The translations under genes were made by a program, and so were the position numbers. Source: Bugula neritina (lineage: Eukaryota > Animalia > Bryozoa). From it: DNA of 64,000 nucleotides. Where the stretch lies: NCBI GenBank assembly GCA_964035545.1, contig OZ037766.1, positions 27,139,673 to 27,203,672 of the forward strand, written 5' to 3'. Below are positions 14,256-27,900 of this stretch, one piece after another; within the stretch, counting starts at the first letter, position 1, and the number at the start of each line of letters is the position of its first letter. Below the pieces are notes generated by a model. The model ran no database searches, was not told where the DNA came from, and saw only the letters and a list, made by a program, of their open reading frames with translations.

Positions 14256-15999
14256 CTTTTTACTGCTGCAATCGCTTAGCAATTTATTTTGGTATTCAAA
14301 TAATTATCATCATATTTATTTAATTTGATGAGAATAGTGGCTGCGCAGTAAACAGATGTCAAAACTTTTTCCCAAAGCTTATAATAAACCTTGTTAAAAG
14401 TGAAAGCCTTTAGAATGGATTAAAATATTTGAAAGTGTAAGATTTGAATAAAAGATGTTTGTTATTTGTTATTTTGTACTGAAAGCAACATTTTACTCAT
14501 AATGATTGAAATCCAATATTGTATTGTAAAACTTTTGCTACAGCTCATTCTGGTGCTGCTTTAATGCTGATGCGCTTTGTATTTTATCATATTTGACTTT
14601 GCTGTCATAACTATGTGATTATTATAATATCACTACTCTGATTGCTATATTTGTTTACTGTTTATTTACAGTCAGTTGGCTTAGTGACAGTAGGTATATA
14701 AAATAAAGTTTGTGCATATTTGAGCAAGTATCACTTCTGTGTTTATAATGCTGTCACAAGGATATATATATTTCGAAACTTGCTGAAGCAACTCTTAAAA
14801 TAGAATTATTAGAGGGAAGACAAATCTCAGTGTAAAGAATTGACAGCATATAATAAGACAGTAAGTCAAATGTAGAACCTGTTGAGATGCAGTGACAGAG
14901 AAATCTCAATAGCCAAAGTTCTTTAATTATCTTTAATAATTGGATTTCAATTATGCATATTTTTCTTTTGCTATACTTTTATATCACATATGGCAGCTTT
15001 TCCTGTAAGTTGATAGAAGCTCTGGCAACATTGTAGCCCATGCAATTATTTTAATATATGCCAGTTTAAAAGTTATCTTTACTATGGGGGGGGTCAAGCA
15101 ATAAGCAAGGAAAGGCAACTCTAAAATATGTTAAGAAATTTTGCTGGGGTCAGCAGCTACATGTAAAGTAATAAAATTTTCATAATATGTTTTTCTAAAG
15201 ACTTTTCACATTTGAATGCATCAATATATCAGTCATGCTTACACAAGTGCTTTTTTCAATAATTATATAAACTTGCTTTCAATTTTAAATAAAATTGCTG
15301 AATTACTAAAAGTTATACTTCTTAAGAGCCAAAAGAAATTATAAGACTTTATGGTCTGTGCAAATCTTTTGCATTTTTAATGTTAACATTGACAGCAATA
15401 TAAAACCAAGCAAGACACTATTATATTAGAGATAAGATAACTCTTATAGGCTACTGAAGTATCAGCATTGCACTGGCAAAGTAACAAAGTATGCAAAAGA
15501 ATTAGCACATGTTGAATTATGTATAGTAAATTAAAATATAGAATTGACAATTAACTATAGAAACAAAAAATTCAACCAAAAAAGTAGTTTGGACTTGTTT
15601 ATCTTCATAATATAATAAGGTAAACAAACAGTTAACTATTAAATGCTAACATTTTATTACTTTTATTCATGTAAGGCCGTATATATGCTACAATTAAAAC
15701 TTTTTTAACTCTGCAGCAGCTAGATCGATTGCTAATTATCATGTGAAAATGTACTTAGAATATTATTCCAGCTGTTTAAAATACAACGTAGTTCTAAAAT
15801 AAACTTGGATCACCGTGCGGCTATTAGTAAAAAAGCATTAATTACAGGCCTATGCTTCTATTTTAATAAAATGCCCATTTTCAAAAAATTTGTCGTTCAT
15901 AAAAATATTTTTATTGAAAACCAAAGTATATACATAAAGCTATTAGTTTGAATGAGAGCAGCATATTACAGAACTAAAGTGTTTCAGAGCCTTATACCG

Positions 16000-16469
16000 G
16001 CTATACAAATCTGCTAAAATGGTACCAGTTTTGTGGTGACAGTATTGTGCTGCCAGTGATTGACACTTTAAATGACCTATTATAGATACAAGCTTTTGGC
16101 ACCAAAATCCGTTTTGCTTTTTGCTTTGCATTATATCGACCATTCAGTAAACAAATACTTGTTTATCACAGCTCATGTTATATAAAATATCCATCAGCTA
16201 TTGTCAATAATTCCATATCAAATTATTTAAAAACATTTTCAGTTCATTGCTTACTAAACAAGTATAATCAATTTGAGTTATAACACTACTGTCAACATAC
16301 CCATCACATTTAACACAATATGACACATGAATGTATATGTGCTACCAGCAATTGCATACTTTGCCTTCTGTTGTTGTAATTTATAGACAATCAGTCTATA
16401 TTTAGTAGAGTACTAGAATGTTGCAGGGAAACATATTACTACTAGTAGTACTGACTTCACTTGGAATTA
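16000..16469 (-). repeat. Right arm of the ~500 bp inverted repeat
   Basis: CATTGCTTACTAAACAAGTATAATCAATTTGAGTTATAACACTACTGTCAAC...TTTAGTAGAGTACTAGAATGTTGCAG is the reverse complement of the left arm. Confidence 0.85.
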
Positions 16470-18668
16470 TCAGTGCTCATTCAGCTGGCTAATACTCATG
16501 TTCATTATTTAGATACCACAAATATCTATTGAACACAATACTATGGCGGTTTCATGGGCAGCTATATGGTAAGTTTTGTGCTATCAACTATAATAACTCA
16601 ATTTTTCATAATAAAGTTCATATATATTTTTACTATAGACATGCTGTAAGCCATTTTTAAGTTAAATAAAACAGTAGCTCCTAAAAAATGTTTAACAAAA
16701 GATGTAATCATTTCATAAATGTTAATCCAAGGCATATGCTGTTGCACTTTTCAGGTATAAAGTTTTACTGCACAAACTTTTTGAACAGTGCGATGAACCA
16801 CTGCCTTTAACGACAAACTAATTATTTCATACTTTAAGTGTAAGGCTTCAAGCCCAATACTATTTCCTTCATAACATATCATATATCATATATATATATA
16901 TATATATATGTACATACAGCATTTAATTAAACAGCATATAATATAACATAGATTGTATAACATTATATTACATTGTAAATTATATTAGCTAGAATGATAT
17001 GACTATAATCAATGATGCATTGTATTTTTTATTTTTCAGCTTTGCTTCATGGCACTGCCATATTCTTTGCTGTTTACTTATACTCCCACCAATTCACCAA
17101 GGTAAATAAATTTTCCATTATAATCAGTCTCTGTTTTATACTAGTAGGCATCTCAATAATATGCCTCTTTTTACAGTCAGGTTTGAAGCAGTGGACTGTC
17201 AACTATAAACTTGTTCCATGGCTTCACATGAGTCATTTGTGTGTTCACAATTTCAATTTAATTGAGAACATAATTATCCTTTGTTGTGATATGATATTAC
17301 AATACATAGTTTCAGTTCAGTTTCAGTTTGGGGGAGTTTCCCACTAAGAACCCATTGAGTGTGAATGCATGGGAACTCGATATATGCATATACATAATAT
17401 ATGCATATAATATAATTTTATTTTTCTTTAGTTATAGGGTTTCGTGGTAAAATGTAAGTAAAAAAATTTAAAAACCAACACTCTAGTCTAAATTCCATCT
17501 TTCAACTCTCTAGTAGTTCGAGGATAAAAAGAGTGAAAATATACTTTCGAAGATATTGCAGGCAAGAAAAACTTTGAGTGTTGTCTGGTATTAATTGGAG
17601 GTTGTGGAGCGACATATCCTTGACTTATTAAATTATTTTCTATACATTTGAAAGATAGTATATAGTGCAATATAATAAAATAGTATAACAGTATACCCTA
17701 ATTAAATATGATTAGTAATAATAACATAAATAATTATTTTGCAAGCAAGCTCATGTTTCCTGTTCATTTCTGCTAAATTGAGTATAAATAATTTCCATCT
17801 GTGGTTTGGACTAATTTAATACACATAAAAGCAAATTCACGATTATTTAAAAGTTATTCACTAAAATAATATCTGACAGCTATAGATATACTAGCCACTA
17901 GCCACTATATAGCTAGTAACTGGTAGCCATTAAGCATTAGTCATCAGCCTAATATAACCATGTAGTTATCAGAGAGTGTTTTTGTAAGATCAAATGTTGA
18001 CTTGTTTAATTACTGTTGTTGTTAGATTAAACGTTGGTTCTTAGTTCTTTTGCAACACTTTGGGCAACACAAAATGCAGTGATCGTCTGCTTGCTATATA
18101 TATGTAATATGTTATGTTTACGATATATTATACACCATTAAAAAGATGTGTGTATAAATGTTTTCATAAATTTTCATAATATCAAGCATATTTTATATAA
18201 CATTTATGATAATACTTTTAAAACTACTTCCCTATTAAACTCTCTTTAAATTGGAAAATAATAATTTGTATATGCTACTTTTTATACACTGAAAACTGCT
18301 GCTATAGAATCTCGCGTTGGCTCGCATCCTTTTACTCAGCATTGAGTTTGACATTATACAGCATTCTCTAAAGTTAGTAATGAGCTGATATACTTAACTG
18401 ACAGTGTATAGATTGGCAGTTTTATGGTATAAAACATTCTGCTCAAAAATAATTATTTTATAAGCTCTATAAAAAGCTCAGATTGCTTTACTTATCTATT
18501 CTACTAATTCATATTTAATTAATTAAATTGTGCTTTACTTTGCTTTACTTTTCAAAAATTAAAGGTTTTGAGTTATTTTTTATTTATATCTGATTAAGCT
18601 CAGCATAACATGCTCGCTGCTTTTAGACAAAGTATTAACAAACATTCTGTTGATTCTAACTTTTATAG

Positions 18669-18808
18669 GTGAAACAAAGCCTGGATATGTTCATAATGCT
18701 GTATGTGATGATGATGGTTTATATAGAGATGGCTATTCTTTACCTGCAGAACAAAGTAATAGAAACATGAATGAGAATGTGTATGATTATGTAGAAAAGG
18801 CACTTTAG
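18669..18808 (+). CDS. Orphan terminal coding exon resembling a tyrosine-motif cytoplasmic tail; upstream exons not resolved
   Basis: Acceptor ttttatag| followed by a phase-1 open frame ETKPGYVHNAVCDDDGLYRDGYSLPAEQSNRNMNENVYDYVEKAL*; purine-rich and exon-like relative to its flanks. Confidence 0.5.
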
Positions 18809-20247
18809 CGCAGTAAGCAAGATGTAATGCAATCCAAATCATGGAGGTGCCTGCAGTTATTATAATATGTAAACAAAGAGCAGATAATTATAACGATTTA
18901 ATTGTTCATGTATATTGTATATTATAGCAGATAAGGAACTTTGCTACTTAATTGTAATAGCATATTTACTGAGATTGTACCAATATTCAAGCATGTAACC
19001 TTTTTAAAATTTTATCCTGTGCAGGTGGTGAGTGAGGCTATTGAATATATATACACTCATGTGTATGCATGCATTTTTATATAATTGAACTTCTTCATGT
19101 TAGTATAGTTTTGTTGTGAAAACTCCCAATTGCATTGGCATCCTTATAACTAATTATATTTTAAATTGATAGCACTATAATGGCTAGACAATTAATTTAT
19201 TACACTTATTTTGTAAAACAAACCACATATAGATAATATGATATAAATAATAATTTACTGTTCATAATCAGTGTTTTCACACTCTAACAATGAAAAGAAG
19301 TTTAATAAAAATAAATTTGATAAGAACTTTTCTATTTTGCTAAAATACTTGCACTTTTGTTGCTCAAACTTATTAGAATTATTTTGAAATTATTACAGCA
19401 TTTATAGTATTGAAAATAGAAATAAAGCTGTATAACAACAATAATAATGCTTCTATATGCAGATCTTTATATGTTGATATTGATAATATTGGTGTATTGT
19501 TTAAAAAGGTGTTTACAATTAGCACCCTAAGACATAGGCATGCCTGCTAAATTTTCAGTTACAAACAGTATAGTTTAAATGTTGCAACCAGGTAGTGAAT
19601 GAATATATTATTTTCACATTCTTAGCAGTTTATCTATTTTAGAGAACATAACGTATATATAAACTTTTTGCAAACGTGGAGTTGTCCTACTAAAACATTG
19701 AATTGTTTATTTACTAACATGTAACTTGAGACTATATAAGATGAATATATCTTTGCTTGAGAGAAATGTGCAAAATGCTACAGAAATAAACTAGAGTTAA
19801 GCTAACTTTAAATGTTTTGTACTGCTTCCATTGTAACATAATTAGTGATGGCGTTTTCAAGCTGCATTTAACGAAACAAAACCTACATGAAACTTGCAGT
19901 TGTTGAGCTTGAAATAATTATTTATTTTGCAGAGTATATCTTAGCAGCATTTAATAATTTAAATTATTAATAAATTCGTAAAAAAATCATATTATCAAAG
20001 CAAAGAGAGGAGATAACCTTATTAAATATTCATTGGGAATTGATTATGATAGTTATAATGCATAAAGTTATTTCAAGTATTATTGTGCATGAACAACAAG
20101 TCTTATCAACAGACAAAATATTTTAGTAGTTTTGTGGGTAAAATGCAGTTTAAGTAGAGAGCATAACTTCAATATAGTAAGAATAAGATGTGGTAGTGAT
20201 CTCGAGTACATAAATCTTTATTGTAGAGTAAACAGCTGAGAAAGGTA

Positions 20248-20989
<742 letters not shown>

Positions 20990-21146
20990 ATTCGACCAAA
21001 GTACCGATGTCAGAGTCCGATTGTTGGAAGTTGCCGATTGTCGGAGTCCTACAATAAGACAGAATGAGAACAAAGAACTTTTTCTTGTATAAAAGTAGGC
21101 GAGCTAGCAGTGTAGAACCAGTCTACTACTACACAAGTCAAGACTA

Positions 21147-21398
21147 CCCCCTTGTTCACACATTGCCGCACCGTGAACCGTAACAGCACAAACAAAATGG
21201 CGACGCTGTTGCATTTTGTCAACGGGTGAGCTGTGACCAATCATAATGAGGCTAATTTTTGTCTGCGGTGACTTGGATAGTATTTACAAATTATTCGCAA
21301 TATTCTTATCAAAAGATGTTATATAAATGCTATTGACTAGATAAAAGCAATTACGTGAAAAGAATCTTTCTTTTAAATATATTCGTTTTTAAAATAAT
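21147..21398 (-). mobile_element. Second, truncated copy of the same MITE in inverted orientation
   Basis: Starts with the TIR CCCCTTGTTCACACATTGCCGCACCGT; 21230-21398 is a near-perfect reverse complement of ~20636-20806. Confidence 0.75.
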
Positions 21399-21594
21399 AT
21401 ATATATTTCTACTACAATAATATATATACTGGTTTTAAAAATGTTTTGCTTTATAGAAGCATAACACAACATTATATTATATGTGTTCAGGGTTACAACT
21501 TCTGCCGGATGCTATTTACTTTAAGCACTAGTTTTCAATAATCAAAATAATGAGTAAAACGAAACAGAAACCTGTTAACTGTAAATATTCTTTA

Positions 21595-24500
21595 CTAGAT
21601 AACTGGAGGAAATTCTGGGAAAAAATAGAGTTTTCTGTCATTAGTAAATGTGCATTGGTGCACTGGCACAACTCCACCAAGCCACTTCTTGCCGTTCTTT
21701 CTTCTCCTAATACTAGATTCTCTTACTCTGTTCTGTATCTACAGCAAACAACATTTTATTTTCAACTTTTATTTAACAAGTTTTTCCAGAATTTATTCAT
21801 TGAGAGTTGAGTTATTGAGTACGAAATTTTAAATTTTATTGCTAATTTCTACTCTTAGAATTCCTCTTTTCTCCTATAGCATTATTTCACTTCATTATAT
21901 TATTTTATATAAAGTCTTTATAATTCCAGCTATTTCACAAAAATAAATCTTATAAATTTTACAATAAAAAGGCAAAGTTTTTCAGCATAATGTAATACAG
22001 CATTAAGTTCCAAGCATTGTAAGTATGGACCGTTTTAACTTTAAAATTGTAAATTAGGTTTGAGGAACTAAATGACATTTACACAGTTAAATACTGTTGC
22101 AACTCGGAACACTGTTTATATGTATTTAGCAACTTTTTTTCTCTGTCATTATAATAATCTTCTACTCTTTTTAGTCGCAGCTATGAAAAATGTTCAACTA
22201 TGCTCTAAAAGCAAACAGCGCTCTTTTCAAGCCAAGTTTCAATATGTGTTTTTGTTATTTTTATCGACAGCAGTAGTCATCATTGAATTACTAACCCAAT
22301 AGGTTATAACTTACTATTTTAGCCAGACTTTCAAGGTCTCTGTGACAGGCATGTTTATAAAAAGTAGCTACAAGAATTCTGATGAAGCATGATCCGTGGG
22401 TTAGACTCCTGGTTGATACATAATCTACAAAAAGACAACGTAAAAAAATATGCCATTCCTAACTACTTATATTGAGGTACTAATGTTAATCAAAACAGGC
22501 ATGTAAAATATGCTTTCACTTTATCGCAACATTGTAGTAATTTGGTGGATTTAGAATAATTAAGTGGAGAATATAACTCCTTGTATTTAATAGAGAAGTA
22601 GAGAGCTTCTTGTAAGGTATGAGAGTATCTCTATTGAATGTAGAAATATCCGAGGTGGGTCTTTATCGGGTGAGCTTCAGCTGTAGACTGACTCTACACT
22701 GCGAGCTCGCCTCTTTATTATATACTCTGAAAATATTTTTTCAAAAATATTCTACCGATCTTCAGTCGAAAATTGGTCATATGTCCGACATGTCAGAGTC
22801 TTCAACTCAAATGCCCGACACTCCGACATGCCTGACTTCGGACAAAGAACGCTGTATAGCACACAACAAAAAAAGCAACCAAGAAAATAAAACTATTTGT
22901 CAAGCTAAGGCTACATATTAATAAAACAAAAAGACAACTTCAAAATCCATCACAATATTGTGATATGGCATCTCACCATCGCTACTGGCTTTCATTACAA
23001 AGAAGTCATCTGAATCCAAGTGAATATCTTCAAAATTAGGTAATGACCGTGGCGGAATAGCTGCTTCAGCATTCTCACTATAACTGGACTCAGCATCAAA
23101 TTGTTCCTGAGAAAGTTGGGAAGTTAGAAAAGAATTCTGATCATCTTGACTTGCAATGTTTTCTTCTAAAGAAGTATGGCTACCAGCTCCTTGCACATTT
23201 ATTGGGTCATTAGAGCTGTTTTTGGTATCTCCATAGTCAATTCGATCTATCAAGCAGAGAATACTTATTTATATACTGTTTACAACTTCCAGCTGCTCAC
23301 AAGTCACAATATGACTGATTCTATTCCCAGCCATGCATAAAATATTAAATTTGGTTTTGATCAAATGGCCTTTTGTTATTAGTTGAAGCAGCGAAAGCAT
23401 CCCATCCAGCTGCAGCTTTGAGTTAAATCAGTGGTCCATGGTGTAAAGGTTGGCGCGTTTGCTTGCAAGCTGGAGGTTTTGGGTTCGAACCCCAGTGGGG
23501 CAAAATTATTTTTTTAACAACAATTTTGTGTTTTAAACAAACACTAAAACTTACTGCCAGAACAAGCTTGAATAATAATAAGTTTAGGCTTTCCTTTCAT
23601 TGATTGGAACTGAGATGCAGAAAGTAACTGTTTTATATCACCAAGCTTGACCCACTTATTGTCATGACTCAGAATTTGATCTCCAGTCTGCCCATGGCTC
23701 ATTATTATCAAAACAAACATAGAAAGGTGTTTGTGCACCTCAAGTACTGTTTCGTCTTTTATGGCCTGAAACATCTCCTGAAATTTATGAAAGTATGTTT
23801 AGGCAAATTTTTAAAATTCACTTTAAAATATGAAATAAAGGATATTTTTAGTTTAGACATCTAGCATTTTTTCTAACAGTGTCTAACATGTGCGTTGTGA
23901 GCAGCCCATAGCCTGCATATATACACAGTTGCTGTGACTCATAGCTCCTGTCATCTAAATCTTGTAGATAAATAGATACAATTCTCAACTTGGTTCTTGA
24001 CATTTGTTTATAGCACTGTTTAAATTACACTTCATTGCCTCTGAACATGCTTTATTCACTTGACTTTCTAATTACCTAGTTTTAGGTTATTAACAATTAT
24101 TAGCTACAGGGTGCCATTCTCAGATCACAGTAATTTTACCGATTGTTTATTTGTTCTGTCAGCTCAGGCTATTTGGTAAAAAGTGCACAAAAAAGTTTAT
24201 TCACACATTTACCTTTGAACTTAGGTATAAAGGTGTGAAATGTCACTGAACCAAATAATTAAACTAGCAAAAGCATATAATATATATATGCAATATCATT
24301 TACATCTTTGTTCTAGTTTAAACGAAAGTTATTTCCGATATCAAAGTTAGTAAATCGTAGCAAGCAATAGTTTTTTGCAAGTTTTGTTCATGTTACACTG
24401 AAAGCTTGTGTTCCCGAAAAGTTTGAATGAAAGTTCAAATAAATTCAGTGACTGTTTATAAAGAAGGCCTACAATATTTCTATTAAGCTACTGGAAACTC

Positions 24501-24938
24501 ATCATTTCAAGTTACATTTAAAGTATGAGCAAGATTACTTATTCTACAAAAGATAGCATGTTTTGTCAATTAAAGCTTTTACTGTAGTATAGAGTAATAT
24601 ATATAGATCTCAATCAGTTTTGAGAATGAAGACAACTTAACATAGGAAATACAGAACATCAACAAACTGATCAAAATCAAAATATACGCAACATAGTCCT
24701 AATGTCTAATGATTGTTTAGATTAGAAATTAGATTAAATAAAATAATTTTACCTCAGATGTTAAATCTGTCGTATCTTCTTCATCCGTCGCAATTTCAAA
24801 GCTCATTTTTTCAAACAAGCGTCTTATATTTACATAATCAATCTCTCCACCTTTTCGCGCATAACCAGGTTTGTTTTTAAAAAGTCGGTTATCTAAGATT
24901 AGAACCCTTCCTTTCACTTCAGTGTTCATAGGGTAGAC
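21595..24938 (-). CDS. Caspase domain of the fusion (exons 8-12): p20, long acidic linker, p10
   Basis: Catalytic His in SHG at 23691-23699 and catalytic Cys in QACSG at 23556-23570. p10 exons 22315-22424 (DYVSTRSLTHGSCFIRILVATFYKHACHRDLESL) and 21595-21738 (IQNRV...TFTNDRKLYFFPEFPPVI*) are not in the ORF track. Confidence 0.93.
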
Positions 24939-27900
24939 CTTTTACAATTATTTAAAAGAAATTTCATAATATTTTTATAATCAAGCAGAGTTGCATGTGA
25001 ATATATTAACAAACAACAAATTTGAAAAATAATGCATGACATTACATACCATTTATTTCAAATAATGTTATTCCTGTTTGAATTTCACTTATAATACCTT
25101 AGTAGTGTTGGAAAACAATCGAGTTACTGAATCCTTAGTGCAAGGTTTTAGCTCCATTTTGATGCATGCGTTGCTCTGTGTACCAAAATAGCCTTGTTGC
25201 TCTACATCAGATACCTCGCTATCCTCATTTTCCACTGGGTAGTTGATTGCTTGCAGACCTGTAGCAACAGCAAAAACATTTAATTGAGTATACAAGTGTA
25301 TACTTCACTCACTGTCAAGCCAGAAAGCATTTTGAATAAAAAAAATATAAACTAGAATGGCTACACACCAGTCCTAACAACTAATCTCACCTGATGGCTT
25401 AAAAAAATCATTTCGTTGTAATTTTTCTGTGTAGTCTTTGAGTTTACTCATCTCACATTCAGAAAATTCAAAGCCTGAAAAAAATAATTGACATCTCACA
25501 TTGCTATATAAAATACATGCGCGGTAAGAAAATTAGATATTCAGTTTATTAAAAAATAAGGGATACATATTGCAATTACCAACTCTTACAAGGAAATTTG
25601 AAAGGTTTTGGAACTGTCTGCTTGGATGTTCCTGGTTGCATGCCGTTGTTGCAGTAAACAGGCTCAACTCCTCTAAAACTTTTTACACTGACAAAAAATC
25701 TGTTATTTAAGTGAGACTCTTTTGGTGCAGCAAACAGCCAGGATGGATTCACTTTGGTATCTGGAGTAGGCGATCTGATGAGTAAGCAGTGAGAGCAATA
25801 GAAGGTTATCACTGGGCGAATAGCTCTCCAAACATTTGCCAATTTGTTTAGGATGTGTGCTATTAAACTGGTTAGCAAGCTCCATGAAGAGCCAATCAAT
25901 TCTATTGGACTTGAAACTAGTATCATAAATTTTCTATTGTTGTAGTCATGTACTAGGTGCAAGGATTGTTCACCTTTGCCCACAAATGTTCCATTACCAT
26001 AGACTTTTATCGAGCAAGTTTCATCTGAGATAAAGTTTAACACTTCTACTGTAATCAGCTGATGAACATATTTAGGAAGATGAAGCCCATTAAACAGTAT
26101 CTCCATTTTTAATTGAACATCATTTGGTGGCAACAAATTTTCATTGGTAAATTCTTGAGTAAAATAGGGCACAAAGTAACCTTTGCCATATTCTTGTGTA
26201 ACTGGTCCATGAATAATACAAAACGACTTCAGAACTTCAATTGCAGCCTCATGAGGAAAGTTTGTTTCTGTTTTGAGAAGATGGATTAATAACACTTCAT
26301 TCAATAAACCACTTTCTGTAAAAGATTTTATGAACTGTTCATAGGTTTGTTTTTCTATGATTTGATTTTCAAATCTAAAAGTTCTGAATGTTTGGAGGCG
26401 TTGTTCCCATTTACTTTTAGATGAGTGGTGAAACAGTATTGAAATCATATCAGTTATTATTGGTATTTGATGAAAGACATACTGTTTCAAAATGCGTATG
26501 TTTTCAAACCAGAATATTTTTCCTGAGTCATGAAAGTATCGCAATACTACTTCTATCGCTTTGTCTTGTGTAAAACTGTTTTTAATGAATGACAAATCTA
26601 TGCAAGCCTTATCCTTGTGCATTTCCACAAAATTTTCAAGTTCTTTCCAAATTTTTGGAATAATGACTTTAAAACTTGAAGAACGTTGTTCTATGCAATG
26701 CATGAGGCCAAGTAGTTGATCCTGAACTTGCTCCACACCTATTTCAAAAGTTTCTTCAGGATTAAAAAGCTGTTTTGCTGTATTTGAAACATGACTAATT
26801 TCACAAAAACCCAGGTCGTCTTTGGAGAACTCCATTTGATCATCAATCATCTCATTTCTGATAGCTTCAACAGCAAAAAGAAAACCTTGTTTTGCTTTAG
26901 AAAACACCTCAGATGTCAGCTTATCTAAATGAGTGAACACAAGGATTGGGGGTCCAAGATTTGGGGAAGCCAAGTAAAGATGGGATAGCCAATCAACACA
27001 ACGCCGCCTTGTTGCTTCACGATAACCTTTACTCCGGGCTAACTCAGCAAACTCTTCCATGTTGACAACAATTATTGGAATACAATGTTGCTTTAGTGCC
27101 AGTTGATAAGCTAAGTGGTAGACTTCGTGACCACCGAAATCAATAAATTTTAAAGTTGTGTCTTTGAGTTGGCAAGTTTCCATTTTGAAAACTCTGGTTG
27201 TTTCATCTAAGGGTGAAATTTCATTTCGAAATGTCAACTTCCTTTTGCCTGATACCAAGCTTCGAATCAGGCTAGTTTTCCCAGCCATAAAATTACCAAC
27301 AACAACCACAGGCACGATTTTATTTTCCGTCTCTTGTCCCGCTAAACTGTCACTAAAATACTTTCGTATAGCTGGTAACCCTTGCTGGCAAACAGAGTAT
27401 GGTGGCAGTTCTAGCAACTCACATCCGACGCAAATTAACTTCTTCAAATTGTTCAACGCGAGCAACTCAGGCTCCATTTGTCGAAGCTCCTTGTTGCTAC
27501 TGAAATCAAGCTCATTCAAGTTATTTAACTTATAGATAACTTTAGGAAGATGAGTGAACTTGTTGAAAGAAATCTCTAATTTTTCTAGATGTTGTAGTTT
27601 GGATAAGCTGTAATTAAGAATATAAAAATAATCAGTCATGGTTTTGGCATTACAGTTTAAAAATCAAAGCATTAGTTATTTTAGAGTTGAATACATGTTA
27701 CAACGCCTTCGATCTGTGTTATAGCTAATTTTTCATTAAAAGCCGCTGCAAAAATTTTTAAGAGTTTATTGGTTACATCTTTAGATTTGTGATGCCTTTT
27801 ATATAAAAGTTCAGAGGACTGGATATACAAAGTAGCATAGTTATGCTGTCTTACTGTTTGGTTTACTGCTTTTACTAATAACCAAAATTTGGAGATTCGT

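Noticed and set aside
16513-17347. Exon-like units and hydrophobic ORF 17012-17347 as a membrane-protein gene
   Set aside because: Splice sites are plausible, but no frame gives a coherent or recognisable protein; kept only as a note under the orphan tail finding.
22619-22921. 100-aa plus-strand ORF with TCCGACA-like repeats
   Set aside because: Antisense within a caspase intron; probably a repeat fragment (related motifs at 20990-21050) with no boundaries I can define.
23433-23515. Functional tRNA gene
   Set aside because: A- and B-box-like motifs are present but the acceptor and D stems do not pair well; more consistent with a SINE head.
27158-27535. 125-aa plus-strand ORF
   Set aside because: Antisense shadow of the Roc exon.
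25576-27639. Stand-alone 687-aa MFHAS1-like gene as given by the ORF track
   Set aside because: Both ORF ends fall in introns: there is an acceptor at 27607, a donor at 25590, and in-phase exons on both sides.
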